Shown here: positions 31,499 through 40,789 of the stretch, in pieces
How the letters are laid out: every line of letters begins with the position of its first letter
How positions within the stretch are numbered: position 1 is the first letter of the stretch
Program-made: the position numbers and the translations under genes
The notes under the pieces: model-generated
The model's database searches: none
Seen by the model: only the letters and a program-made list of their open reading frames with translations
Told to the model about the DNA's origin: nothing
Assembly (NCBI GenBank): GCA_965223325.1
Contig: CBDCWI010000002.1
Location: forward strand, 2,272,001 to 2,336,000
DNA: 64,000 nucleotides
Source of the DNA: Candidatus Multivoradales bacterium
Lineage (GTDB): Bacteria > Acidobacteriota > Thermoanaerobaculia > Multivoradales > Multivoraceae
Reading direction: 5' to 3'

Positions 31499-32011
31499 CT
31501 ACTTGCCGTAGTCTGGCCGGTAGTGCAGGTGGCACACGACGCAGGACTGATACATCTGATCGCTCAGGGCAACAAGAGCCTCGACGTCCTTTTCCATCGC
31601 TGCCTTGTACGCCGCACGTCCGGCATCGAGCATCAGCTTCGAATCGCGCATCCAGCGGTCTTTGTCATAGGCCCGCCGGGGCATCATGATCAGATTCGCC
31701 GACTCGGCCACCACCAGCGCCTGACCCTGCAGGGTCGCCCACTCGGCGTCGGTCTCGGGGGTACGCGATGAGATGTAGAAGATCGCATCCGAGGCGGGGT
31801 AGATGATCTTGACCATCAACTCGCTCATCGACCCCACCCGCTCGGGCCCAGGGATCGCACCCTCGTAGTGGCCAGGTGGCTCATAGTCTTCGACTGGCGG
31901 TTGAGCGATTAGAGGCACAGCAGCCAGAGCTGTCCAAACGAAAGAACCAAGGGTCCATCGAATGGCGGAGAGGAGGTGTCGTCTTGTCGTCTTCATTTGT
32001 TGGAGAGTCAC
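31499..32011 (-). CDS. Secreted cytochrome c'-like (class II, helical bundle) protein
   Basis: Signal peptide, helical body, C-terminal heme motif SCVVCHLHYR. Confidence 0.75.
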   Translation of the reverse strand: MTLQQMKTTRRHLLSAIRWTLGSFVWTALAAVPLIAQPPVEDYEPPGHYEGAIPGPERVGSMSELMVKIIYPASDAIFYISSRTPETDAEWATLQGQALVVAESANLIMMPRRAYDKDRWMRDSKLMLDAGRAAYKAAMEKDVEALVALSDQMYQSCVVCHLHYRPDYGK

Positions 32012-32688
32012 CTATAGAGACCGTCGATCACCGCCAGGCCCGACGAATCGAAGCTGTCTGGCTCACCGGCGGCTTGCCAATCGAGGAAGTCGGCATCCGA
32101 CAAGACCGTTTCACCATAGGGCTCGAGATCTCGAGGAAGCGCGACCGAGTACGTACGAAACCGGGTGACGACTGGTGCATAGAAGGCGTCGGCGATTGTT
32201 CGTTGGCCCAAGAGCCACGGCCCATCGGCACCATGGGCAGAACGGAGCTGCTGCCACAGGGAGATGATGCGATCGATTCCCCGTTGGGTGTCTTCCGGCC
32301 AGTCCTGCGCTTCAGAGCGGCGATGCAGGTTCATCGGCAGGTCGCGACGAACACCGCCGAAGCCGGAATGCATCTCAGAGGTCGCCGAGCGGGCAAGAGC
32401 TCGCGTTCTACGGTCGGCCGGCCACAAACCAGCATCAGGCGCTTCTTCAGCCGCCCACTCGGCAATCGCCAGGCTGTCCCAGACTGTCAGGTCGCCAACC
32501 GAAAGCGCCGGCACTGCTCCCGTTGGTGAAACCTCGAGAACCTCTTCGATGGCCAGCTTGCCGTAGCCGGGCTGACGCAGGTCGATCAAGCGCTCTTCGA
32601 AGTCGATCCCCGCCCAACGCAACACCAACCAGGGGCGTAGCGACCAGCTCGAATAGTTCTTGTTGCCGACGTAGAGGATGGGTTTCAT
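32008..32688 (-). CDS. Glutathione S-transferase family protein
   Basis: NKNYSSWSLRPWL, SPTGAVP, WDSLAIAE, EMHSGF, TIADAFYAPV. Confidence 0.92.
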   Translation of the reverse strand: MKPILYVGNKNYSSWSLRPWLVLRWAGIDFEERLIDLRQPGYGKLAIEEVLEVSPTGAVPALSVGDLTVWDSLAIAEWAAEEAPDAGLWPADRRTRALARSATSEMHSGFGGVRRDLPMNLHRRSEAQDWPEDTQRGIDRIISLWQQLRSAHGADGPWLLGQRTIADAFYAPVVTRFRTYSVALPRDLEPYGETVLSDADFLDWQAAGEPDSFDSSGLAVIDGLYR

Positions 32689-32724
32689 GGACGTTTCATC
32701 CTGCCTTTGGAGTTGGCGCTCAGG

Positions 32725-34647
32725 TCACTTGACCCGGAACGCCAACACGGCATTCCCAGGCATCTGACCGAACAAGCTGTAGCCCGACTGCACCAGGAGC
32801 ATGTCGCCTGCTAACTGCACGCCCGAGTTGTCGATCGCACCGCCGTGCGCGTCGATCCCGTTGACCGCCTCGTAGGCCTTGACGGTGTTCTCCTCCCACA
32901 AGATCTCGCCGCTCTCTGGATGGAATGCGTAGACGGTCCCGTTGAGCGCAGCGGCGAACAACAGGTGCTCGCTCGACATCGGCGCGGCCGAAAAACTGTA
33001 CTGGAACGGGCACTCGGGCCACGGGTTGTCGCCGGCGCGAAGCTTCGCCATGTCGAGCTCACAGCCGCGCTCGGCCATGTGCGACCACAAGACCTCGCCG
33101 GTCTCGAGGTCGAGAGCGTGCACCCCCGGCCTGGGCGTGTAACCGGGGCGCGGAAAGGGCGGATCGGCGATCGGCACAAACACTCTGTCGCCTGCCACCG
33201 TGATCCCCCAGTGCACTCCGCCGAGCGCCGAGCCATCGCTCAGCCTCTCCTGCCAGAGCAGTTCACCGGTCTCCGGGTCGAGCGCGTGCACCTCGCCCGA
33301 CTTCTGACCGGCAACCAGGATGTCACGGCCGCCGGACGACCGCGCCAAGACAGCGGCAGCTCCAAAGTCGAAATCCGGACCCTTCTCGCGCGGACAGTTG
33401 GGACCGGCCCGGCGACCGCAGGCCATATTGAAGGCATCGAACTGCGTACCCTGAAAGGACCAGCGGATCGCGCCAGTGGTCATATCGAGAGCGACGATGG
33501 CGTCTGAAAGAGCGGTTGCCGGTGACGAGGTGTTCTCACCCGTGCCCACGTAGAGCTGGCCGCGCTCGGGATCGAGAGTCGGCGTCGTCCACACCGGCAC
33601 GCCCGATGGCCCCCACTGCTGAACGCCGGTCTCCGACTTGTAGGTCGGAACAGCCTCCTTGGTCATGTGGGTCGTCCACAGAATCTTCCCGTTCGCCGCA
33701 TCGAGTGCGAGGACGGCACCGTGACTCTTGCAACATTCGTACTTCGGATTGGTCGCCAAGACAACGCCAAACGCCGACAAGGGCACGAAGACCCGGTCAC
33801 CGTTCTCGTCGCTATGAGGCGCCGGAGTTCCGGTCAAGGTCGAAGCATCAAAAAGTGCCACCCGGGTCTGCCACAAGGGCTCACCAGTATGGGCGTTGAT
33901 GGCGTGCAGGGTGCCCGTCATATCGCCGACGAAAAGGGCCGTCTGCTCGCCAGCCTTGCCAACCGACATCGAGGTGCGCAGGGTCGTGCTCGCGTCGTAG
34001 TCCCACTTGATGCAGCCTGACGCGCGATCGAGCGCGAACACCGAACCCGAGACCGCAGCAACAAAGACCGTGTCTTCGGAAACCACAGGCTGGGAGCGCA
34101 CGTCGGCTACGTCGGGCAGAGCGAACGCCCAGGCGAGTTCGAGGCTGCCGACGTTCTCGGGAGTGATCGTCGAGTCGGGCTGGAATCGACTATTGCGAGC
34201 GTCGACTCCCCAGCCGGCGAGCGCCAGCGAACGAGTCGAGATCTCGCTGGACACCCCGGAGGCATCGCAGCGAGCACTTGCAGGGATCGCCGTTTTGTTG
34301 TCGCCGGCGCCGGTCAACCAGGTGGTGATGGCCATGAGTTCCAGGGTCGTCAGGCCTTCGGCTTCGGCCATCATCTTCCCGGCGGTCATCGAGGTCATGA
34401 CCTGATCGCCGCCCATCTGTCGCAGGGCATCCAGGCCAGGGCCGGTCGACTTGCCTTCCGCGCGGTGGCACACGAGACAGTTCTCGGCGAAGAGAGCCTC
34501 GCCATCGGGTTGATCCTGAACGCCCTCCTGCGCCGTAGCAGGGCCAGTGGCGGGAAGAAGCGACAGGGCAAGCGCCGCCGAGAAAACTGCTAGCACTCGG
34601 CGGTTGAACGAGAACAACGACACGGGGAGAACTGAAACAACGGTCAT
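32725..34647 (-). CDS. Quinohemoprotein: N-terminal cytochrome c plus PQQ beta-propeller dehydrogenase (polyvinyl-alcohol dehydrogenase-like)
   Basis: Signal peptide, CLVCH, ALD..TG...W PQQ repeats, vicinal YECCK, GPDFDFG, AGQKSG, GGVHWG. Confidence 0.87.
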   Translation of the reverse strand: MTVVSVLPVSLFSFNRRVLAVFSAALALSLLPATGPATAQEGVQDQPDGEALFAENCLVCHRAEGKSTGPGLDALRQMGGDQVMTSMTAGKMMAEAEGLTTLELMAITTWLTGAGDNKTAIPASARCDASGVSSEISTRSLALAGWGVDARNSRFQPDSTITPENVGSLELAWAFALPDVADVRSQPVVSEDTVFVAAVSGSVFALDRASGCIKWDYDASTTLRTSMSVGKAGEQTALFVGDMTGTLHAINAHTGEPLWQTRVALFDASTLTGTPAPHSDENGDRVFVPLSAFGVVLATNPKYECCKSHGAVLALDAANGKILWTTHMTKEAVPTYKSETGVQQWGPSGVPVWTTPTLDPERGQLYVGTGENTSSPATALSDAIVALDMTTGAIRWSFQGTQFDAFNMACGRRAGPNCPREKGPDFDFGAAAVLARSSGGRDILVAGQKSGEVHALDPETGELLWQERLSDGSALGGVHWGITVAGDRVFVPIADPPFPRPGYTPRPGVHALDLETGEVLWSHMAERGCELDMAKLRAGDNPWPECPFQYSFSAAPMSSEHLLFAAALNGTVYAFHPESGEILWEENTVKAYEAVNGIDAHGGAIDNSGVQLAGDMLLVQSGYSLFGQMPGNAVLAFRVK

Positions 34648-34797
34648 GAGCTGAGATCTCTTGCTGTCAACGGGCCACTCTGTCGGGAATGCGCTCAGAT
34701 GCTATCGCGCCCTCTTCATGCGGGACGGCCAGTGCCACAACCCCCAGCAACAGCGTAGGCTCACCAGGTGGACACCCACAGCAGCTCGCACCGAACG

Positions 34798-36654
34798 ATG
34801 AGCACCTTGCACAAGGTGCTGCTCGCCCTCGTGCTGCTCGTGGCTGCGTTCCTGCGTTTTGCCGACGGCGGCGCCGGACTCGACGGCGAGCGCTTCTTCG
34901 ACGAGCGCTACAGCGTCAACAACCTTCGCCGGGCGCTTGACCCACAAGCGACTGCGCCCGCCAACTACTACTACCCGGCACTGTCGTACCTTCCGCAGTT
35001 GGCCATCGCCCGATGGTCTGGCGAGTCGTGGTTCGAGGGGCGGCAGCTCACACCAGCCGGCTACCGCCAGGCCCGTTCCGTTTCGACCATCTTCGGCCTG
35101 CTTTCGATCCTTTTCACTTTCATGCTCGGCCGCCACCTATGGAGCAGCAGCGTCGGGCTCCTCGCCGCGACCGTGGTGACCGCAGCGCCGCTCCATCTGA
35201 GGCTGTCGGTGATGTGGAAACCCGACGCTCTTCTCCTGGCTTCGATCCTGGGCGTCGTTCTTTTGACGCTCCATGCACTCGAGAACCGCAGTCGCCCCAG
35301 CCTTCGGCGCTACGCTTGGGTCGGTCTGGCCGTAGGGACCGCCCTGTCGAGCAAGCTCAACGGCGGGGCCGCGGCGCTCCCGATCGCGGCTTTTGGCCTC
35401 TTCTATGCACACCGCGATCGAAGGCACATTCTGGGTGTTGCGCTGGCCGCGCTCCTTGCGGCCGCTGTTTTTCTGGCGATCCACTCCGATCCTCGGCCTT
35501 ACTTCGACGCCCTGGCAGAGAATCAGGAGATCTACGCCAGCCAAACCGAAGCGGGGGCCGGAGCTGGCAAGGCTCTGCTCGATGCCGGCACAGTCCTGCT
35601 CGGGCCGGAGTTTCTCGGCCCTGTGGTCGGGCTCTCCGGAGCGGCCGGTCTCATCCTGCTCTTCAGTCCAAGCGGCCCCGCCAAGAGCCGGCGTGACCTC
35701 TCCGTCGCGCTGTCGTTTCCGGTTCTCTACCTGGCCATCTACCTCGCCACGACCCAGTACAGCAAAGCCAACAACCTGCTACCCCTCCTGCCCTTCGTGG
35801 GTTTGTGCGCCGCGGTCGCCTGGAGCGAGGGATGGAAGCGACTGCTGAACAGTCGGTCTGGCTCTCTGGGCGGCCGCCCGATGAAGGCCGCGACAGCGGT
35901 CGCCGCCCTCGCGCTGGCTGTTTGGCTTCTTGCGCCCGCTACGAAGCTGGTCTACGAGAACGTCGTTCCTACGACTCTCGATCTGGCATTCGACTCGGCG
36001 TTCGAGAGCGTACCCGGGCTCGAAGGGCGTGTTCTGGTCTTCGAAGAGCGACCGCGACGCGTCGCGCTTTTGCAACGCCAGCAGCGTGAGGCGCTTCGTG
36101 TTGGGCTCGAAGACTGGAACAACGTAGCGCTCGACCGAGCCGACGTCGAGATCCTCAATGCCTCACCCGAGCGCGCAAGTTTCTACGAGCAACGCATCAA
36201 CCGGAACCGAGCCGCAACGGTAACGAGAATTACATCGGGCTTCGGGCGCGCCCGCGGGCCAGAACAAGTCGTCATCGCGCACCCATGGCCCCACCTGGCC
36301 AGTCAGAACGCTACGTTCGTCGCCCGAGGAGTCGAAACTTCCGGGGAGAGAAGCTACGTCACCACGATCCCGACCGCCATCCGCAACGACCTCGTTGCCC
36401 TGGTTTCGTTCGAGTTTCTCCTGCCGCACGCCCTCAGCCCGGCGGGCGAGCTCACCGCGTCGATCACAATCGGGGGCGAGTCGCGCACTGGACTCATGAT
36501 TCGAGACCGCAAGACCCAGACGCGCTACCTGAGTCATCGCCAACCACCGTGCGCATCGGAGGCCTGCGACGTCGTGATTACCTTCGAGGGCGCGACCGCC
36601 TCTACCCTGCCGGCGAGGGTCGACGTCACGGCCCACTACTGGGCCGGCAGGTAG
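34798..36654 (+). CDS. ArnT/PMT-like (GT39/GT-C) membrane glycosyltransferase
   Basis: TM then FLRF...FFDE acidic motif, YYYP, many TMs, KPD, SSKLNG, soluble C-terminal domain. Start could be 34768. Confidence 0.75.
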   Translation: MSTLHKVLLALVLLVAAFLRFADGGAGLDGERFFDERYSVNNLRRALDPQATAPANYYYPALSYLPQLAIARWSGESWFEGRQLTPAGYRQARSVSTIFGLLSILFTFMLGRHLWSSSVGLLAATVVTAAPLHLRLSVMWKPDALLLASILGVVLLTLHALENRSRPSLRRYAWVGLAVGTALSSKLNGGAAALPIAAFGLFYAHRDRRHILGVALAALLAAAVFLAIHSDPRPYFDALAENQEIYASQTEAGAGAGKALLDAGTVLLGPEFLGPVVGLSGAAGLILLFSPSGPAKSRRDLSVALSFPVLYLAIYLATTQYSKANNLLPLLPFVGLCAAVAWSEGWKRLLNSRSGSLGGRPMKAATAVAALALAVWLLAPATKLVYENVVPTTLDLAFDSAFESVPGLEGRVLVFEERPRRVALLQRQQREALRVGLEDWNNVALDRADVEILNASPERASFYEQRINRNRAATVTRITSGFGRARGPEQVVIAHPWPHLASQNATFVARGVETSGERSYVTTIPTAIRNDLVALVSFEFLLPHALSPAGELTASITIGGESRTGLMIRDRKTQTRYLSHRQPPCASEACDVVITFEGATASTLPARVDVTAHYWAGR

Positions 36655-36676
36655 GCGGCGCCCCGCTATTGGACGG

Positions 36677-37582
36677 TCAGCCGCGGGGCGAGAACAGCGC
36701 GCGCGTGACGTACCAGGCGATCTTCGGGTTCTCGCGCAAGCGGCGCACCGAGTAGGCGTACCAGTCGGCACCGTAGGGCACATAGACACGGACCTTGTGG
36801 CCGTCATCGATCAGCTGCTTGCGAAGCTGTTCGGTGACCCCGAGCAACATCTGAAACTCGTAGCGGTCCCTCGAGAGCCCACGTTCTTCGATGCGCTCGA
36901 GCGCACCGCTGACCAGCACGTCGTCGTGCGTGGCGATCCCGGTGTAGACGTTGTGATCGAAGAGCAGGTCGAGTGCTTCGAGAAACTTCTCGCGAATCAC
37001 CCGGTCGCTCTGGTAGGCGATGGCCTCGGGCTCGATGTAGATCCCCTTGCAGAGGCGAATGTTGGGGTTGCTCTCGGGTAGTTCTTCCCGGATGTCGCGC
37101 GGGGTGCGCTTGAGGTATGCCTGGAGAACCGTTCCGACATTGCCGTACTTGGCCTGCATTTCGCGCACCATGCGAAGCGTCGCATCCGTGCACGGGTGAT
37201 CTTCCATGTCGACGCGCACAAAGTTGCCACGCTCCCAGGCCGCGACCACCACCTTTTCGAGGTTGTACAGACAGAAGCCTTCGTCGATCTCGAGACCCAG
37301 CAGGGTGAGCTTGATCGAGATGTTGGCGTCGAGACCTTCGCGCTCGATCGTCGCCAGCACGTTCATGTACTCCTCGACCGCCGCCTCGGCCGCACCACGC
37401 TCGGTGACTTCTTCGCCAAGGAGCGCAAGGGTCGCACACAAGCCGGCTTCGTTGAGCGCGCGAATGGTTTTGACCGCTTCATCGAGCTGTTCACCGGCGA
37501 CATAGCGCGACGCGACGGTACGCACGATCGGCTTCGGCACCAGCGGCAAGGCGCCGGCGATCACAGAATCCAGAATGCCCAA
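36677..37582 (-). CDS. Monofunctional proline dehydrogenase
   Basis: RYVAGE, SIKLT, RVDMED, LQAYL, RLCKGIY, IATHD, EFQMLLG, YVPYG..WYAYSVRRL. Confidence 0.93.
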   Translation of the reverse strand: MGILDSVIAGALPLVPKPIVRTVASRYVAGEQLDEAVKTIRALNEAGLCATLALLGEEVTERGAAEAAVEEYMNVLATIEREGLDANISIKLTLLGLEIDEGFCLYNLEKVVVAAWERGNFVRVDMEDHPCTDATLRMVREMQAKYGNVGTVLQAYLKRTPRDIREELPESNPNIRLCKGIYIEPEAIAYQSDRVIREKFLEALDLLFDHNVYTGIATHDDVLVSGALERIEERGLSRDRYEFQMLLGVTEQLRKQLIDDGHKVRVYVPYGADWYAYSVRRLRENPKIAWYVTRALFSPRG

Positions 37583-37601
37583 CTCGAGTCTCCGCCGGCG
37601 A

Positions 37602-38516
37602 TCAAACGTGTTCGTGTGCGTGGTAGCTCGAGCGCACCAGGGGGCCCGACTCGCAGTGGCTGTAGCCGAGGTCGAACGCCAGCTCGCGGATCTCGGCGAA
37701 GCGCTCCGGAGTCACGAAACGGTCGACTTCGAGATGATCGTGCGTTGGCTGCAGGTATTGGCCGACGGTGAGGATCTCGACCCCCGCGCCACGAACGTCG
37801 CGCACCGTCTCTTCGAGCTCGGCGTCGGTTTCACCAATGCCAACCATCAGTCCCGTCTTGACCCGCCCAGGGTACTCTCCCGCGTCGCGGCGACGCGCGG
37901 CCTCGGCCAGTAGGGCGAGCGAGCGCTCGTAGCTCGATCCGGGACGGGCCGCCCGGTACATCCTGGGCACGGTTTCCATGTTGTGCGAAAACACTTCAGG
38001 AAGCGCACCGAGCACGATGTCGAGAGCGTCGGGAACGTTGCGGAAGTCGGGAGTGAGCACTTCGACGGCGGTCTCGGGCGTGCGTTCCTTGATCGCACCA
38101 ATGACATCGGCGAAGTGCTGCGCGCCGCCGTCGCCCAGGTCGTCGCGATCGACCGAGGTGATCACCGCGTGCTGGAGGCCCATGGCCGCGACGGCTTCGG
38201 CGACGTGACCGGGCTCGGCCTGGTCGACCCCGGGCTCGGGGCGACCGGTCTTGACGGCACAGAAGCCGCAGCGCCTCGTGCAGGTATCACCAAGGATCAT
38301 GAAGGTCGCCGTACCGTGCTCACCCCAGCACTCGTAGATGTTCGGGCAGCGCGCTTCCTGACAAACCGTGTGGAGGTCCAGTCGGTCGACCAACGCCTTG
38401 ACCTCGCGATAGCGCGGCGGCGTCGTCAACCGGATCTTGAGCCACTCGGGGCGCGCTGTTCGCTTGGCGCGCGCCGCCTTCTCGGGCGCAATGCCGATTT
38501 TCACCAGGTCTGCCAT
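37602..38516 (-). CDS. lipA: Lipoyl synthase
   Basis: TVCQEARCPNIYECW, CTRRCGFC radical-SAM motif, VRSSYHA. Confidence 0.97.
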   Translation of the reverse strand: MADLVKIGIAPEKAARAKRTARPEWLKIRLTTPPRYREVKALVDRLDLHTVCQEARCPNIYECWGEHGTATFMILGDTCTRRCGFCAVKTGRPEPGVDQAEPGHVAEAVAAMGLQHAVITSVDRDDLGDGGAQHFADVIGAIKERTPETAVEVLTPDFRNVPDALDIVLGALPEVFSHNMETVPRMYRAARPGSSYERSLALLAEAARRRDAGEYPGRVKTGLMVGIGETDAELEETVRDVRGAGVEILTVGQYLQPTHDHLEVDRFVTPERFAEIRELAFDLGYSHCESGPLVRSSYHAHEHV

Positions 38517-38591
38517 GGCATCTGAGTCTACCCGCCCAGGCGCCCTCGCGGCAGGTCCAGGGCGGACCGGAAAACCGAACCATCCCGGTCG

Positions 38592-38999
38592 TTACGTCGC
38601 CGCGAGGTCCTGATCCCAGAACGCGGCTTCGATCTTGTGGCCGTCGAGATCACGCACGAAACAGCCGTAGTAGGGGGCACCGTACTCTTCGCGCGGGCCA
38701 GGTTCCCCGTCGGGCTCAGCGCCGGCGGCGAGCGCCGCCTCCCAGAACGAACGCACCTCCTGCTTGCTCGCCGCAATGAAACCAAAGTGGGTTCCGTTGC
38801 CGACATTGGCCTCGTTGCCATCGATGGGGGTCTGTACCCAGAACTCCGGAAACTGTCGGCCGTAGGCCACCGCGCCCGGGTGTTCGAGCACGCGGGTTGC
38901 CCCGATGGTCGCGAGGACAGAGTCGTAGAACTTCGTTGCCTTGTCGAACTCATTGGTGCCGAGCGAAGTGTGGGACATGATGCTGGGGTTCTCGCTCAT
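38592..38999 (-). CDS. VOC/glyoxalase family protein
   Basis: SHTSLGTN, FYDSVL, GNGTHFGF, YYGCFVRDLDGHKIEA; start placed at MSENP. Confidence 0.88.
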   Translation of the reverse strand: MSENPSIMSHTSLGTNEFDKATKFYDSVLATIGATRVLEHPGAVAYGRQFPEFWVQTPIDGNEANVGNGTHFGFIAASKQEVRSFWEAALAAGAEPDGEPGPREEYGAPYYGCFVRDLDGHKIEAAFWDQDLAAT

Positions 39000-39066
39000 C
39001 AAGGAGATCTCCGTTGGAACTGATGGTTCGCGGGGCCAGCATAGCGCTAGTCGGTACACTGCCGGC

Positions 39067-39888
39067 ATGAAAGTCAAAGACAAAGTCGTTGTGGTCACCG
39101 GTGGAGCCAGCGGAATCGGAGAAGCGATGGCCGAACGCTTCCATCGCGACGGAGCGCGGCTCGTTGTCGTCGCCGATCTCGACGGTGAAGGTGCAGAGCG
39201 CGTCGGCACCGCGGTCGGCGGTTTCGGTGTCGGCCTCGACGTGCGCGACGAGGACGCAATCCAGAACCTCGTCGCCCGCACCGTGAAGGAGGCAGGCCCA
39301 GTAGACCTGTTCGTTTCGAATGCTGGCTACGTCACCGTTGGTGGCCTGGAGGTCTCCAACGACGAGCTCAACAACATGTGGCAGGTGCACGTCATGTCGC
39401 ACATCTACGCCGCCCGCGCGGTGTTGCCAGCAATGATCGAGCGCGGCGAAGGCTACCTCTTGAGCACCGCGTCTGCCGCCGGTCTTCTCAGCCAAATCGG
39501 CTCCCTCGCCTACTCGATCACCAAACACGCCGCCGTTTCTCTGGCGGAATGGATCGCCATCACCCACGGCCATCAGGGGATCAAGGTCTCGGTTCTCTGC
39601 CCGCAGGCCGTCGCGACCAATATCGGAGCCAACAGTCCCAGTCGCGACATCACGGAAGGGCCGGGCGTCGCCAGCGGCGACGGTGTTCTGTCGTCCGAGG
39701 AGGTCGCCGAGTGCGTCACCCAGGCTCTCGACGAGGAGCGCTTCTGGGTTCTGCCGCACGCCGAAGTCGCCGAATACACTCGCCGAAAAGCGACCGACAT
39801 CGACCGTTGGCTAGGCGGCATGCGCCGCTTCCAGGACAAGCTGTTCGACGGCCGGCCGTTACCTGGCGATTGGTTGTTGCCCGACTGA
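39067..39888 (+). CDS. SDR family oxidoreductase
   Basis: VTGGASGIG, SNAG, YSITK (YxxxK); start at MKVKDK. Confidence 0.92.
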   Translation: MKVKDKVVVVTGGASGIGEAMAERFHRDGARLVVVADLDGEGAERVGTAVGGFGVGLDVRDEDAIQNLVARTVKEAGPVDLFVSNAGYVTVGGLEVSNDELNNMWQVHVMSHIYAARAVLPAMIERGEGYLLSTASAAGLLSQIGSLAYSITKHAAVSLAEWIAITHGHQGIKVSVLCPQAVATNIGANSPSRDITEGPGVASGDGVLSSEEVAECVTQALDEERFWVLPHAEVAEYTRRKATDIDRWLGGMRRFQDKLFDGRPLPGDWLLPD

Positions 39889-39898
39889 ATCGCCGCGG

Positions 39899-40789
39899 TC
39901 AGACGTCGAGACCGACATCTAGATTCGGTGCACTGTGGGTGAGCCAACCCACCGACATTTGATCGACGCCGGTGGCAGCGATCCCGGGTGCGGTCTCAGG
40001 GGAGATTCCGCCTGAAGCTTCGGTGAGCACGCGACCGTCACAAAGCGCAACCGCCTTCTCGAGGCCTTCGAGGGTGAAGTTGTCGAGCAGGACGGCATCG
40101 ACACCGATCGCCAGGGCCTCTTCGAGCTGTTCGAGCGAGTCGACCTCGAGTTGAATCTTGACCATGTGCCCCACGCCAGCGCGAGCCCGGGCGACAGCCT
40201 CCTCGACCGAGCCGGCAATCGCGATGTGGTTGTCTTTGATCAGCACCGCGTCGTCGAGACCGAAGCGGTGGTTCGTGCCACCGCCGCAGCGCACCGCATA
40301 CTTCTCGAGCGCCCGCAGTCCAGGAGTGGTCTTGCGCGTGCACACGATGCGCGTACGTGCGGCCCCGAGCGACGCCACCAGGTCGCGGGTGGTGGTGGCG
40401 ATTCCACACAGGCGACCGAGCAGGTTGAGGGCGGTGCGCTCGGCGGTGAGAATCGCGCCGGCGGGCCCCTCGATGCGCGCGATCTCGGTGCCCGCCGCAG
40501 CGTCTTCGCCATCGTCGACCAGGATGGTGATCTCACAGGCAGGATCGAGCAGGCGAAAGACCTCGAGTGCCGGCCGCACACCAGCGACGCGACCCGGCTT
40601 CCTCACCACGACGCGTGCCACGGTCGTAGCTGCGGCCGGAACGATCGCCTCGGTGGTCAGGTCACCGGCTTCGCCGAGATCCTCTTCGAGCGCCCGCCGT
40701 AGGAGCGGCTCGACGATGAGACGATGCGGAGGGCGCAGACTGTTGCGCGCGGTGGAGTTGCCTGAAGCGGAGTTGCCCGAAGTGCTCAA
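39899..40789 (-). CDS. nadC: Nicotinate-nucleotide pyrophosphorylase (QAPRTase)
   Basis: ALEEDLG..GDLT, ERTALN, TRKTTPGLR, HRFGLDDAVLIKDNH, LLDN, EASGG; TTG start overlaps the nadB stop. Confidence 0.95.
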   Translation of the reverse strand: MSTSGNSASGNSTARNSLRPPHRLIVEPLLRRALEEDLGEAGDLTTEAIVPAAATTVARVVVRKPGRVAGVRPALEVFRLLDPACEITILVDDGEDAAAGTEIARIEGPAGAILTAERTALNLLGRLCGIATTTRDLVASLGAARTRIVCTRKTTPGLRALEKYAVRCGGGTNHRFGLDDAVLIKDNHIAIAGSVEEAVARARAGVGHMVKIQLEVDSLEQLEEALAIGVDAVLLDNFTLEGLEKAVALCDGRVLTEASGGISPETAPGIAATGVDQMSVGWLTHSAPNLDVGLDV

